Positions 8,356 through 16,690 of a DNA stretch of 32,000 nt are shown in pieces. Position 1 is the first letter of the stretch, and the number at the start of each line of letters is the position of its first letter. A model generated the notes under the pieces. That model saw only the letters and a program-made list of their open reading frames with translations, was not told the DNA's origin and ran no database searches. This DNA comes from Candidatus Saccharimonadota bacterium (GTDB taxonomy: Archaea; Nanohalarchaeota; Nanosalinia; Nanosalinales; Nanosalinaceae): NCBI GenBank assembly GCA_001761425.1, contig CP012986.1, forward strand, positions 1,050,001-1,082,000, given 5' to 3'. A program made the translations under genes and the position numbers.

Positions 8356-9462
8356 ATGACAATCAGGGAGAAACTGCTATCCATCCTCTCAAGGATTATC
8401 AGAGGAGTAGACAGCAAACTCCCTGATAACTGGAAATACTACACAGAGACGTTTACAGGCCTTATACTTCTCCTCGCGTCTTTTGGAAGCCTTATACTCG
8501 CTCCAAGATCCTACGTTTCAGGCCTAGCTTTTCTTCTGACAGGTCTTTACATTGTTCCAGATATCCGGTTCAGAGTCCTCTTCAGGTTGAACGTGAGGCC
8601 TCCAAGGTATTCCGTGCCTGTCGTTCTTCTGCTGGGACTGATGGTTGCTGGATTATTCAGCCCTCAGACAGCAGGCGGACTTCTAGGTCCAACATTTGAT
8701 TCTGATGCCGAGATTGATGTTGAAGAACGGCAACCTGTGAAAGCAGTGTCTGGAATCGCAGAGGTAAGGAACAACGGTGCTCAGGACCGTAACTATACTG
8801 TGGGGATCGCGAAAGACGGAGAGCTTGTGGAGAGCAAGACATCTCTGATCGGGTCGAAGGATTCAGAGAAGTTCAACATTACGGTAGAGGTCCAGGATGA
8901 AGGTGAACACAGTGTAAGATTCTATTCAAGCAAGTCAAATGTTTTAACAGAATCAAATAATTCGGGTTTCAGCCTGGAGGAATCAGTTACTCTCCCAAAC
9001 TATCTCAACGAGGAAAATATCAAAAGTTCAGTTCAGCAGTACTCGCCGATACCTCAGAAAGACCTAAGCATTATCCAGAACGTGGAAGTCAACGCAACAG
9101 GAGATGGAAGAAAAATCAGCCTCAGGAACAAGGCAGAAAACACCTACGGAATCTTCGACCTGATGAAGACCGCCACAGCCAACTCCTTCCACACAAGCAA
9201 GCAAATATTCCAGGATTTCCAGGATATAAGCCATGTCAGCGTATCCACTGCAGCCGACTACACATACAGGAACGGCACAGTTCAGGAAAGAGTGATACTT
9301 GAAACAGATCTCTCAGAAGAAGACGCAGAAAACATAAACTGGCAGACCAGGACAGATCAGATAAGAGACGACTACGAATACTGGCTGAACACAACAACCA
9401 GCTATACAATCGAAGAAAACCTCTGCGAAGGCCTCTCAAAAGAGATAAACTGCAGCAGGTAA
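8356..9462 (+). CDS. membrane-anchored surface protein with a CARDB/Ig-like beta-sandwich-type segment
   Basis: 368 aa. About three N-terminal TM helices. It continues with 'VSGIAEVRNNGAQDRNYTVGIAKDGELVESKTSLIGSKDSEKFNITVEVQDEGEHSVRFY', which resembles CARDB-type adhesion domains. Several N-x-S/T sequons. Confidence 0.55.
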   Translation: MTIREKLLSILSRIIRGVDSKLPDNWKYYTETFTGLILLLASFGSLILAPRSYVSGLAFLLTGLYIVPDIRFRVLFRLNVRPPRYSVPVVLLLGLMVAGLFSPQTAGGLLGPTFDSDAEIDVEERQPVKAVSGIAEVRNNGAQDRNYTVGIAKDGELVESKTSLIGSKDSEKFNITVEVQDEGEHSVRFYSSKSNVLTESNNSGFSLEESVTLPNYLNEENIKSSVQQYSPIPQKDLSIIQNVEVNATGDGRKISLRNKAENTYGIFDLMKTATANSFHTSKQIFQDFQDISHVSVSTAADYTYRNGTVQERVILETDLSEEDAENINWQTRTDQIRDDYEYWLNTTTSYTIEENLCEGLSKEINCSR

Positions 9463-9527
9463 AAAAACATGTCAGAAACTCTAAAAACAATTACTAACAG
9501 CAGAAAAGGCCTTCCAGGTGCTTTACC

Positions 9528-12035
9528 TTGAGTTCGAAAGGTATGGGCATCGGCGGGATACTGAAGCTTACACTGGCCCTGATGACCGCCTCACTTTTTA
9601 TCTCCGTTTCTACCGTAGGCGATCTTGCAGAACAGATAGAAGACCAGATGAAGAAGATCCAGAACGCTACAGACTATACCGTGGAAGTAAATGACGTTGA
9701 GACGCTTTCTCAGGCCTCGAAATTCGTAAGACAGAGAGCCGGAAACGATGGTTGTAAAGAAGAAAATGATGGCGCGGTGGATAACTTCAATACTGTGCCC
9801 CAGCAGAATGATGAGGGAGGTTATCCCGCTCTAAGCGATTCTTATCTAGGCAGATATCCTAACTGTCTGGGCACCGCTTCTACTCTGGTGAGAGGCACAG
9901 GTGTTGTTGACAGTGCACAGTCCCAGCTTTACGAGGAAGGACAGGATATGGAGGGAATCTATTCGAGGGTGAGGTTCGAGGTAACTGAGCCTATCGCGAT
10001 AGAGACTTCCGAGGAGTCGGGAAGTCCAAATACCTGGCTTGAGGACAGGATAGTCGGCGTCTCAAAACAGGGATTTACTGAAAACATCATGAACCATGAA
10101 GAATGCCTCACTCATGGGGAAAATAATAAACCAGATTACTTTGCAGCCTATCTGGGCATGGGAGATCACTATGTAATGTACTTCCAGCCTGAACAGGCAA
10201 GCAAGGAACCATACAGAGCAGATAAATTTATGCAGGAGTTTGCCGACAGACTCAAAGACAGAGCTTACTGCCATCCAGAAGGTGAACTCTACGAGTTCCA
10301 GGAGATCGTCATTTCCGAATTTGACCAACATCCTGTTACCAGTGCGACCAGAAGACTGGAGAACAAAATCGTACTATGTCCTGGAGACAGAGGTTATATC
10401 CAGATGAACAAACACACCCCAGTAAGTGGAGCAGAGGTTGGAGAAACCTGGGCGGGTACATCAGCCAACTTCCCTCATATACAGATAGAGAATCTTGGAA
10501 CCAGTACCAACAGCACCTGTCTGCCAGCGGAGATGGAGCCGGCCGCAGTCTTCGAGGAAGTAGAAAACATCGAAAGAATCGAGCTTCCGAACGAGATGGA
10601 TGATCAGCTGGCAGCAATGGTGCCTGACAAGATCGAAAACGCCTACGAAGGATTCATAGAAGACGAATGGGAGGACAGCTACGCAGACAAACGCCTTGAA
10701 TGGCTTGAAGATCAGGCCTCTGCAGCAGCAGGATATATAGCAAGCGGTGTAGAGACGGTCGCAGATAGTATTAGCGATATCGGAGATACTCTCACAGACC
10801 TTATAGGCCTTGATGACGGTCCGGATGACGTGGCCGAGTTCCTGGAAGAGGAAGGTATAGACCCGATCGAAGACATGTTCAGTACTGCAGTAGATGCTGT
10901 AGCGGAGGCATTAGACGGTCAGATGAAGGATTCGCTCCATATAGAGTTGAGCTTTACGAACCAGCACGTGGATATGAATGATGATGCATTCCCTGCAGAC
11001 TTCAGAGGAGGCTTCAGAATACTCTTCTGGGAAGGAGGCGACGATGAAGAAGTAAACGGAAAATTCGAGATAGAGCCTGCTGGAGGCCTCTACGATGAGG
11101 ATGTTCCTCAGGGAGTAGAGGGTGCAGGAGAACTTGATGCACTACAGGCAGGATGGCTCGACGGAAACGGCGGAATCGGCGAACTGGGATGTTATGTGAA
11201 AGCAGAATTACTGATGGAGCAGAAGAGAGATAGTGATATGGATTATCCTGAAAGATCTGAACAGGTCTGGGACATATACATCGGAGATCTGGAGGATGCT
11301 GACAGTTCTTCAAGCACGAAATCCGACTGCAGCGGCAGAGACGGAAGGATAGACAATGAAAGAGCAGGTATTGCATGGGGAGGCCTCTCCACACTTGGAA
11401 GTCTTGACGTAGAGGCTAAGAATTACTACCCGGATGAGGAAAAACTCGAGGTCACAGCTACCGCTTCTCCCAACGACGAAGGAGATGGTAGCCTAGATGG
11501 CGGAAGACTGGAGCTAGGAAGAAATATCAATTACGAGTTCCAGATGAATGAGTTCGCGAACTGCGGAGACGATTCCTGTAGTTTCACAACAAACTTCTCA
11601 GGTATAGCTTCAGATACTACACCAGAAATAGAGGCCAGATTCCAGAGGAACGACGAAACTCAGACCGAGACCATCAATCCTGAACTCTCGGAGTTCTACC
11701 CTGCTGAAGATATACTTGGTCCTGAAGAATGGAGCTGGGATACAGCCTACAACTCCACTACAGGCCTTTACAACGTGACAGTTAGCTTCGGAGATGAACC
11801 GGATGAAGGAAGAAACACTGACCTTGAAAGCGGAACTATGGAAGTAATAAACATCAGCGGGTCAACGGACGAAACTGTAAGAAACGTGGACTGTGACAGC
11901 TCTGAATGGTACACTGAATGCGTCACAGACCTCAACGAGATAGCCCCAGCAGCAGGAGGAGAACTGGAACTCAACACCACAATCTCTATGGACGGAGCAA
12001 TGCTCTGGGACTCAAGAACCCTCACACCGCCCTGA
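9528..12035 (+). CDS. giant pilin-like surface protein (835 aa) with a class III signal-peptide-like N-terminus; paralog of 12317-14068
   Basis: TTG start is supported by AGGTG (9516-9520) 7 nt upstream and by the paralog's N-terminus. 'MSSKG|MGIGGILKLTLALMTASLFISV' is followed by a very acidic, Cys-containing extracellular region with many N-x-S/T sequons. Confidence 0.8.
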   Translation: MSSKGMGIGGILKLTLALMTASLFISVSTVGDLAEQIEDQMKKIQNATDYTVEVNDVETLSQASKFVRQRAGNDGCKEENDGAVDNFNTVPQQNDEGGYPALSDSYLGRYPNCLGTASTLVRGTGVVDSAQSQLYEEGQDMEGIYSRVRFEVTEPIAIETSEESGSPNTWLEDRIVGVSKQGFTENIMNHEECLTHGENNKPDYFAAYLGMGDHYVMYFQPEQASKEPYRADKFMQEFADRLKDRAYCHPEGELYEFQEIVISEFDQHPVTSATRRLENKIVLCPGDRGYIQMNKHTPVSGAEVGETWAGTSANFPHIQIENLGTSTNSTCLPAEMEPAAVFEEVENIERIELPNEMDDQLAAMVPDKIENAYEGFIEDEWEDSYADKRLEWLEDQASAAAGYIASGVETVADSISDIGDTLTDLIGLDDGPDDVAEFLEEEGIDPIEDMFSTAVDAVAEALDGQMKDSLHIELSFTNQHVDMNDDAFPADFRGGFRILFWEGGDDEEVNGKFEIEPAGGLYDEDVPQGVEGAGELDALQAGWLDGNGGIGELGCYVKAELLMEQKRDSDMDYPERSEQVWDIYIGDLEDADSSSSTKSDCSGRDGRIDNERAGIAWGGLSTLGSLDVEAKNYYPDEEKLEVTATASPNDEGDGSLDGGRLELGRNINYEFQMNEFANCGDDSCSFTTNFSGIASDTTPEIEARFQRNDETQTETINPELSEFYPAEDILGPEEWSWDTAYNSTTGLYNVTVSFGDEPDEGRNTDLESGTMEVINISGSTDETVRNVDCDSSEWYTECVTDLNEIAPAAGGELELNTTISMDGAMLWDSRTLTPP

Positions 12036-12110
12036 AAGGCCTTGAAGGCAGCGGTAGAAAACACTTAAATTAGAGAAAAGCGTAATGAATATTCAGAGAA
12101 GGATTACAAG

Positions 12111-12323
12111 GTGATTTCTTCGAACTGGAAAAAGTCAAAGGGACAGGGCGGTATGCCTGTCAAGATCATAGTAGGCCTTCTAATCGCAATTATAATCGGC
12201 GTATTCATGCTTATGTTCCTCCTACCTACGATCAGGGCACAGGAACAGGCAGCTAGCTGTACAGGTATCCTGAGAAGTCTGGGAACTATACTGGCGGACA
12301 TGACCGGTGTATCACTATGCTGA
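12111..12323 (+). CDS. small pilin-like protein (70 aa)
   Basis: GTG start, with ATG 12153 as an alternative. 'KSKGQ|GGMPVKIIVGLLIAIIIGVFMLMFLL' matches the [KR]G[Q] plus hydrophobic-helix pattern of archaeal class III signal peptides. It overlaps the next gene by 7 nt. Confidence 0.6.
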   Translation: MISSNWKKSKGQGGMPVKIIVGLLIAIIIGVFMLMFLLPTIRAQEQAASCTGILRSLGTILADMTGVSLC

Positions 12324-14068
12324 AGACGAGGAAAGGTATCGGTACCGGAACGATAATGAAGCTGGTTCTCGCTCTGATGACTGCCTCACTTTTCATTGGA
12401 GCAGGTACAGTAGGAGACCTTGGATCAGCTTTAGGAGAGGGATTTTCCAGCTTGGGAGAGAGCACAGACTACAGAATTGACCTAGGAGATAATGGAGCAG
12501 AAAAGCTATCCCAAGCAGCTAGATTTGTGAGGATGAGAGCTGGCAATGATGGATGTGCTGAAGATTCCAACTCAGGCCCTTATTCCAGTGTACCGAGTTA
12601 CATAGAGGACGAAGGTTTTTCTGCACTCAGAGATAGCTACATAGGAGAATATCCTACATGTGAGTCCTCGACATCTACCCTTTCAAGAGGTATACAGGGA
12701 GGAATTCAGGAACTGGGACAGGATCAGGAAGGAATATATTCCAGAGTTGCTTTTGAGGTTAAGGAAGAGTTTACTATAACTTCTAACGGAGACACTTGGC
12801 TTGAAGGTGCAGGAGATGACAGCAAGGGAATAAGAGCCGTCGCAGAAGGATCACTAGAATCAAACACTCTTGATAGCTGTGGCGTGGATGCCTTGGATCG
12901 AGCAATTCAGACCGGAGCTGCAGGAGCAGTCCTAGGGGCCAGTACAGGAATAGGGGTAGGAGCGGTTGGAGGAGCAACGATAGGTTTCGTATCTGGAGGT
13001 GTTGGTAATGCAATAGCTGGAGCGGAATTCGTTGGGACAGATGATAAATATGTAATATTTGTTAGACCCGACCAGATGGATCAGAGAACAAACGGCTGGA
13101 TTAACGACGCTGAAAGAGCTAACGGGGACAGTTTCGGATATGGAAACAGATTATACTGCCATGGATTGGGTGATGAAATCAATCTAGATGGACTTCTTAG
13201 TGAAGAACATTTAACCAGATCCCCACTAAGAGCCGCCTATATAGAGTATTACGGTAGTGATGTGCGTTTCCAGTTCTGCCCCGGAGATGAAGGATATATT
13301 CAGATGAACAAAGGAAAGCCTCAGAACGATGCTGAAGCAGGAGAAGACTTACTTGGAGGTGCTCACAAGTTCCCATTTATCGTCATCACTGATAAAGGAG
13401 ACAACTGTGGGGATACGAGCGCTAATGTAGAGGAAAACGTGGCAGACGATGTCAGTCCAACAGGAAACATGTTCTTTGTAGCGATAGACAGCAGTAGCAG
13501 TTACGTTGACTCCAATCCAAACTCCTGGAGTCTGCATGACGACAGTGAAGGCGCAAACGTTGATGGAGCCGTGAGCGAAGGAGGTGCGACAGACGACATT
13601 GAAGCACCTTATGACAACCTTTGCAGAGTAGGTCTGCTTGAAGAAGACGGTAATATCGGAGATGATGGCGATGGCTATGTCGATTATGTAAAGGGAACTG
13701 TTATAGAGAAAGACGGTACTTTCCCTGAGTTAGGAAGCAGTTCAATTCAGTATCGTGCAGAAGAAGTCGCTGTAGAAGAGGAAGGAGGTAATCCAGTAAA
13801 TGATCCTGAAAACACCTATCACGTATACCAGCATCTTGTTAACGACGGATTTGATGGACAGAGCATTAGTGGCGACTACTCTTACCTGCAAGGAGCACAG
13901 TCACCTCACAACCTTGAGCTTAAAGGAGATATGCTCTGTGCGAACACAGCAGGCTTTTCATACTCCAAATGGGTCATGTGTGATCCATCTGCGCCTACAA
14001 AGGAAATCACCGCAGACGGAACCACATACGAATGTAACGAAGGAGAAGGTGACTGGAGAATACAATGA
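12317..14068 (+). CDS. giant pilin-like surface protein (583 aa); paralog of 9528-12035
   Basis: 'MLKTRKG|IGTGTIMKLVLALMTASLFIGA'. Blocks shared with the 835-aa protein include 'FVR.RAGNDGC', 'DSY.G.YP.C', 'EGIYSRV.FEV', 'TWLE', 'CPGD.GYIQMNK' and 'FP.I.I'. It has an internal Gly/Ala-rich insertion and a divergent acidic C-terminal half. Confidence 0.8.
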   Translation: MLKTRKGIGTGTIMKLVLALMTASLFIGAGTVGDLGSALGEGFSSLGESTDYRIDLGDNGAEKLSQAARFVRMRAGNDGCAEDSNSGPYSSVPSYIEDEGFSALRDSYIGEYPTCESSTSTLSRGIQGGIQELGQDQEGIYSRVAFEVKEEFTITSNGDTWLEGAGDDSKGIRAVAEGSLESNTLDSCGVDALDRAIQTGAAGAVLGASTGIGVGAVGGATIGFVSGGVGNAIAGAEFVGTDDKYVIFVRPDQMDQRTNGWINDAERANGDSFGYGNRLYCHGLGDEINLDGLLSEEHLTRSPLRAAYIEYYGSDVRFQFCPGDEGYIQMNKGKPQNDAEAGEDLLGGAHKFPFIVITDKGDNCGDTSANVEENVADDVSPTGNMFFVAIDSSSSYVDSNPNSWSLHDDSEGANVDGAVSEGGATDDIEAPYDNLCRVGLLEEDGNIGDDGDGYVDYVKGTVIEKDGTFPELGSSSIQYRAEEVAVEEEGGNPVNDPENTYHVYQHLVNDGFDGQSISGDYSYLQGAQSPHNLELKGDMLCANTAGFSYSKWVMCDPSAPTKEITADGTTYECNEGEGDWRIQ

Positions 14069-14310
14069 GACTAGTAAAAACCCTGAAATCATCTCTAGAG
14101 AAGAATATTAAAACAGTAAAAAATGTCACAAAATCTATGAAAACAATCGGCAGGACGTTCAAAGGACAGAACTTTTCGATCAAAACCATGGCACTGATAG
14201 TCCTGGGAATAATGGTGGTTGTACTGGTCTACGGAGCCTTCAGCGGATGGTTCGACAACGTTGTGAACAACTTCACCGGGAATATAAACTACCCACAACC
14301 GAGAAGTTAG
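14065..14310 (+). CDS. pilin-like protein (81 aa)
   Basis: ATGA start/stop overlap with the previous gene. '...GRTFKGQ|NFSIKTMALIVLGIMVVVLVYGAF'. An internal ATG at 14137 would give a more typical short leader. Confidence 0.6.
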   Translation: MRLVKTLKSSLEKNIKTVKNVTKSMKTIGRTFKGQNFSIKTMALIVLGIMVVVLVYGAFSGWFDNVVNNFTGNINYPQPRS

Positions 14311-14323
14311 AGGAGGAAAAAGT

Positions 14324-14500
14324 ATGATAGAAGACAGGAAAGGTATAAACTCGACGATCGCCCTCATTATTACGATAGCGGTAGGCCTCATGGTTGTGGT
14401 GATAATAATCTCGATACTTAATACAAACACCGGGTTCCTGGAGAGCTTTGCAAAGGATGGAGTTGACGTGAGCCTTTGGGGCGGGGGCGGAGGATCATGA
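14324..14500 (+). CDS. small pilin-like protein (58 aa), below the ORF-track cut-off
   Basis: Strong SD GAGGAGG lies 7 nt upstream. 'MIEDRKG|INSTIALIITIAVGLMVVVIIISIL...', ending in GGGGGS. Its stop overlaps the next ATG (ATGA). Confidence 0.55.
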   Translation: MIEDRKGINSTIALIITIAVGLMVVVIIISILNTNTGFLESFAKDGVDVSLWGGGGGS

Positions 14501-14730
14501 GGACTTCGATCCAGGCCTTGATAGCGCTTGTATTGGTTCTCATGGTTGTTGTAGGGATTTATGCAGCTGGTTCAGGCGTCTTCGGCGCTGCCGGTTCGAA
14601 CATCGAAAATGAGGGAAACGAATCCGGTAACCGTCTGGAGTGTATATTCGCTAACCCTGAAAGCTCGGACAGTGCCTGTAGAACCCAGTCAGGCCTGGAG
14701 GTGAATGAGAGAGATGTTTTCGAGGCTTAG
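14497..14730 (+). CDS. small pilin-like/N-terminal-helix protein (77 aa)
   Basis: The ORF track starts at TTG 14476, but GGAGGATC immediately precedes ATG 14497, which also overlaps the upstream stop. 'MRTSIQALIALVLVLMVVVGIYAAG'; two Cys in the C-terminal part. Confidence 0.55.
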   Translation: MRTSIQALIALVLVLMVVVGIYAAGSGVFGAAGSNIENEGNESGNRLECIFANPESSDSACRTQSGLEVNERDVFEA

Positions 14731-15199
14731 AAAAGGTACCAACTCCGGTATGCCAATAATCGCAGTTGTAGCTGTAATAGGTTCCCTGGCCGGTATGGGA
14801 GTGATTTTCCAGGTTATCGGCGGGGTAGGGACTGAAACCGGACAGGATCATGATAGAAGGGAATTAAATGACATTGGCTCTGCAATCGAGAACAAATGCA
14901 CCGATGTGGCAGGGAATAGTGACACATCTTCAGTTACTTCTATAGACGTAAGCGTTGATTTAAAGACAGACAGTGAACTAGGATCGGCATCTGGAGAAAG
15001 TGGAGAAGGAGAATACATCAGTGAACTGGAGCTAAGTTTCTCTGACAGTACGGAAACATATGATCTTCCTTCAGATAGCTGTGATATCGAATGGATGAAC
15101 GATACTCTTGGAACCGGACAGTATCAGTTCACTGTATCTCAGGATGGCTACAGCGACAGTGATAATGATGTACCTATCATAAGGGTGGAAGCTAACTGA
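14714..15199 (+). CDS. pilin-like protein (161 aa)
   Basis: GGAGGTGA (14697-14704) abuts ATG 14705, so ATG 14714 has the better spacing of 9 nt. 'MFSRLRKG|TNSGMPIIAVVAVIGSLAGMGVIF'; acidic C-terminal domain. Confidence 0.65.
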   Translation: MFSRLRKGTNSGMPIIAVVAVIGSLAGMGVIFQVIGGVGTETGQDHDRRELNDIGSAIENKCTDVAGNSDTSSVTSIDVSVDLKTDSELGSASGESGEGEYISELELSFSDSTETYDLPSDSCDIEWMNDTLGTGQYQFTVSQDGYSDSDNDVPIIRVEAN

Positions 15200-15603
15200 T
15201 GAAGAATAAGGGCCAGACCACCATTCCCTTCACAGTGATTGAAGCTGCAACCACAATGCTGATGATCCTGATGATAGTCTACGGGAACCAGGCACACACA
15301 AACGACTTTGTCAAGCAGGAAACGCTCAATCTCCAAGTTGATCGTGTGACAAATGCAGCACTGGCCCTGAACTCAATGCATCAGGGATACGTTGAGATAG
15401 ATATGTCCGGATACGAGTTCAAATACGGGAACGGTAACGTAACAATGAGATACAATGACAAGCAATATACTTCTGAGATAGATCAGAACATGATCAATTA
15501 CAATGATATCAACGGGCCTTCAGAGTTTGAACAGGTAAACGGCACCATGTGCTTGCGAAAAACAGAGGCAAACCATCTAGATATTGCAGCGAGTGAATGC
15601 TAG
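15199..15603 (+). CDS. pilin-like protein (134 aa)
   Basis: TGATG stop/start overlap. 'MKNKGQ|TTIPFTVIEAATTMLMILMIVYG' is a textbook class III signal-peptide-like N-terminus. Confidence 0.7.
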   Translation: MKNKGQTTIPFTVIEAATTMLMILMIVYGNQAHTNDFVKQETLNLQVDRVTNAALALNSMHQGYVEIDMSGYEFKYGNGNVTMRYNDKQYTSEIDQNMINYNDINGPSEFEQVNGTMCLRKTEANHLDIAASEC

Positions 15604-16107
15604 ATGGACCTCTACAACCTGGTGATGAAGATTCCGTACATACTGATGATCCTGGTAGGGATAACCTTCATCATACAGCTCTACGTAGGAGGCCTCAACA
15701 ACCTCTCCATAGATATAGACAACTACAACGAGGGAGAGTACAGAAGCACCATCGTGCTCGAGAATGCTCTTTCAGTTGAGGAAAACGCCACCGAAAACCT
15801 CGACTACAGTTACGATCACAGGAGAGGCGTCATACCAATAGAGTTCTTCACCCAGAAACTGGAGGATGTAGACAACGAACCAGGCTACAAGAAAAACGGA
15901 GATCACTGCTATATACCACGGGTCGGAGGCCTTGACGGCGAAAACTTTGCGTTCTATATCATTAACCTGGATGCTGATGACATGTCGCCAGGCCTCGAAT
16001 GCAGCAGTGATGAGTCAGGAGACAGGTTAAAAACTGTGTTCAGTCCTGTTCTTCTTGTCCAAGACGGTGACCCGGTGCCAGCGAGGTTGTATATCTATGA
16101 AAGATAG
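15604..16107 (+). CDS. N-terminally anchored surface protein (167 aa), pilus-operon member
   Basis: ATG directly follows the previous stop. 'MDLYNLVMKIPYILMILVGITFIIQLYVGG' is a hydrophobic helix without an obvious KG cleavage motif. Confidence 0.6.
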   Translation: MDLYNLVMKIPYILMILVGITFIIQLYVGGLNNLSIDIDNYNEGEYRSTIVLENALSVEENATENLDYSYDHRRGVIPIEFFTQKLEDVDNEPGYKKNGDHCYIPRVGGLDGENFAFYIINLDADDMSPGLECSSDESGDRLKTVFSPVLLVQDGDPVPARLYIYER

Positions 16108-16690
16108 AAAAGGCCAAGGAATAATTATCGAAGTCCTGGCATTCGCAATGTCAATGATGCTAGCTATAATTGTATTCTACGTTATGCTCAGCACCGGAGG
16201 AGTCACCGAACAGAAAGCCGAAGAGTCAATAAGCTATGAACTTGGAGAACTGAAGAAACGTTCAGCTATAAGCGCAACTATGAACGATCACATCTGGAGG
16301 ATTGACAGTGTAGACAAAGGCAAGTACGCTGAATGGCCAGCATACAAAGTAATCTCCCACTACCTGTCAACACCAGGCGATACAATGCACATATACGATG
16401 AAGAAATAGACATGGATGAAGCCGAAGAAGACTTACTGAACTACCTCGAACACAAGATGAACAAATACTGGCAGGAAGGACCCAACAACGTAGACTACCA
16501 ATTAGATGCTGTCTACGCTGAGGCCTCTTCAAGGCCTGAAAACCTGTCAGTCGGAACTTATGAGCCGACAGGCGAAGGAGGAAGGATATCATACCCTCTC
16601 AGCCTCACAGACGGAAGAGAAGCAGAAATAGGCCTCTGGACATCAAACACACAGAGCATTCAGACAGTAGGTGGTGCAGATCAGTCTTAA
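16097..16690 (+). CDS. pilin-like protein (197 aa)
   Basis: The track start (16055) is a non-ATG codon. ATG 16097 gives 'MKDRKGQ|GIIIEVLAFAMSMMLAIIVFYVML', a classical class III signal-peptide-like N-terminus. It overlaps the previous gene by 11 nt. Confidence 0.7.
   Translation: MKDRKGQGIIIEVLAFAMSMMLAIIVFYVMLSTGGVTEQKAEESISYELGELKKRSAISATMNDHIWRIDSVDKGKYAEWPAYKVISHYLSTPGDTMHIYDEEIDMDEAEEDLLNYLEHKMNKYWQEGPNNVDYQLDAVYAEASSRPENLSVGTYEPTGEGGRISYPLSLTDGREAEIGLWTSNTQSIQTVGGADQS

Noticed and set aside
12036-12110. Possible internal promoter (CTTAAATTA at 12064-12072) within the pilus operon, ahead of the second pilin block.
   Set aside because: It is a single AT-rich match 38 nt from the GTG start, a spacing different from the consistent 21-24 nt seen elsewhere. 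It cannot be distinguished from chance without TSS data.
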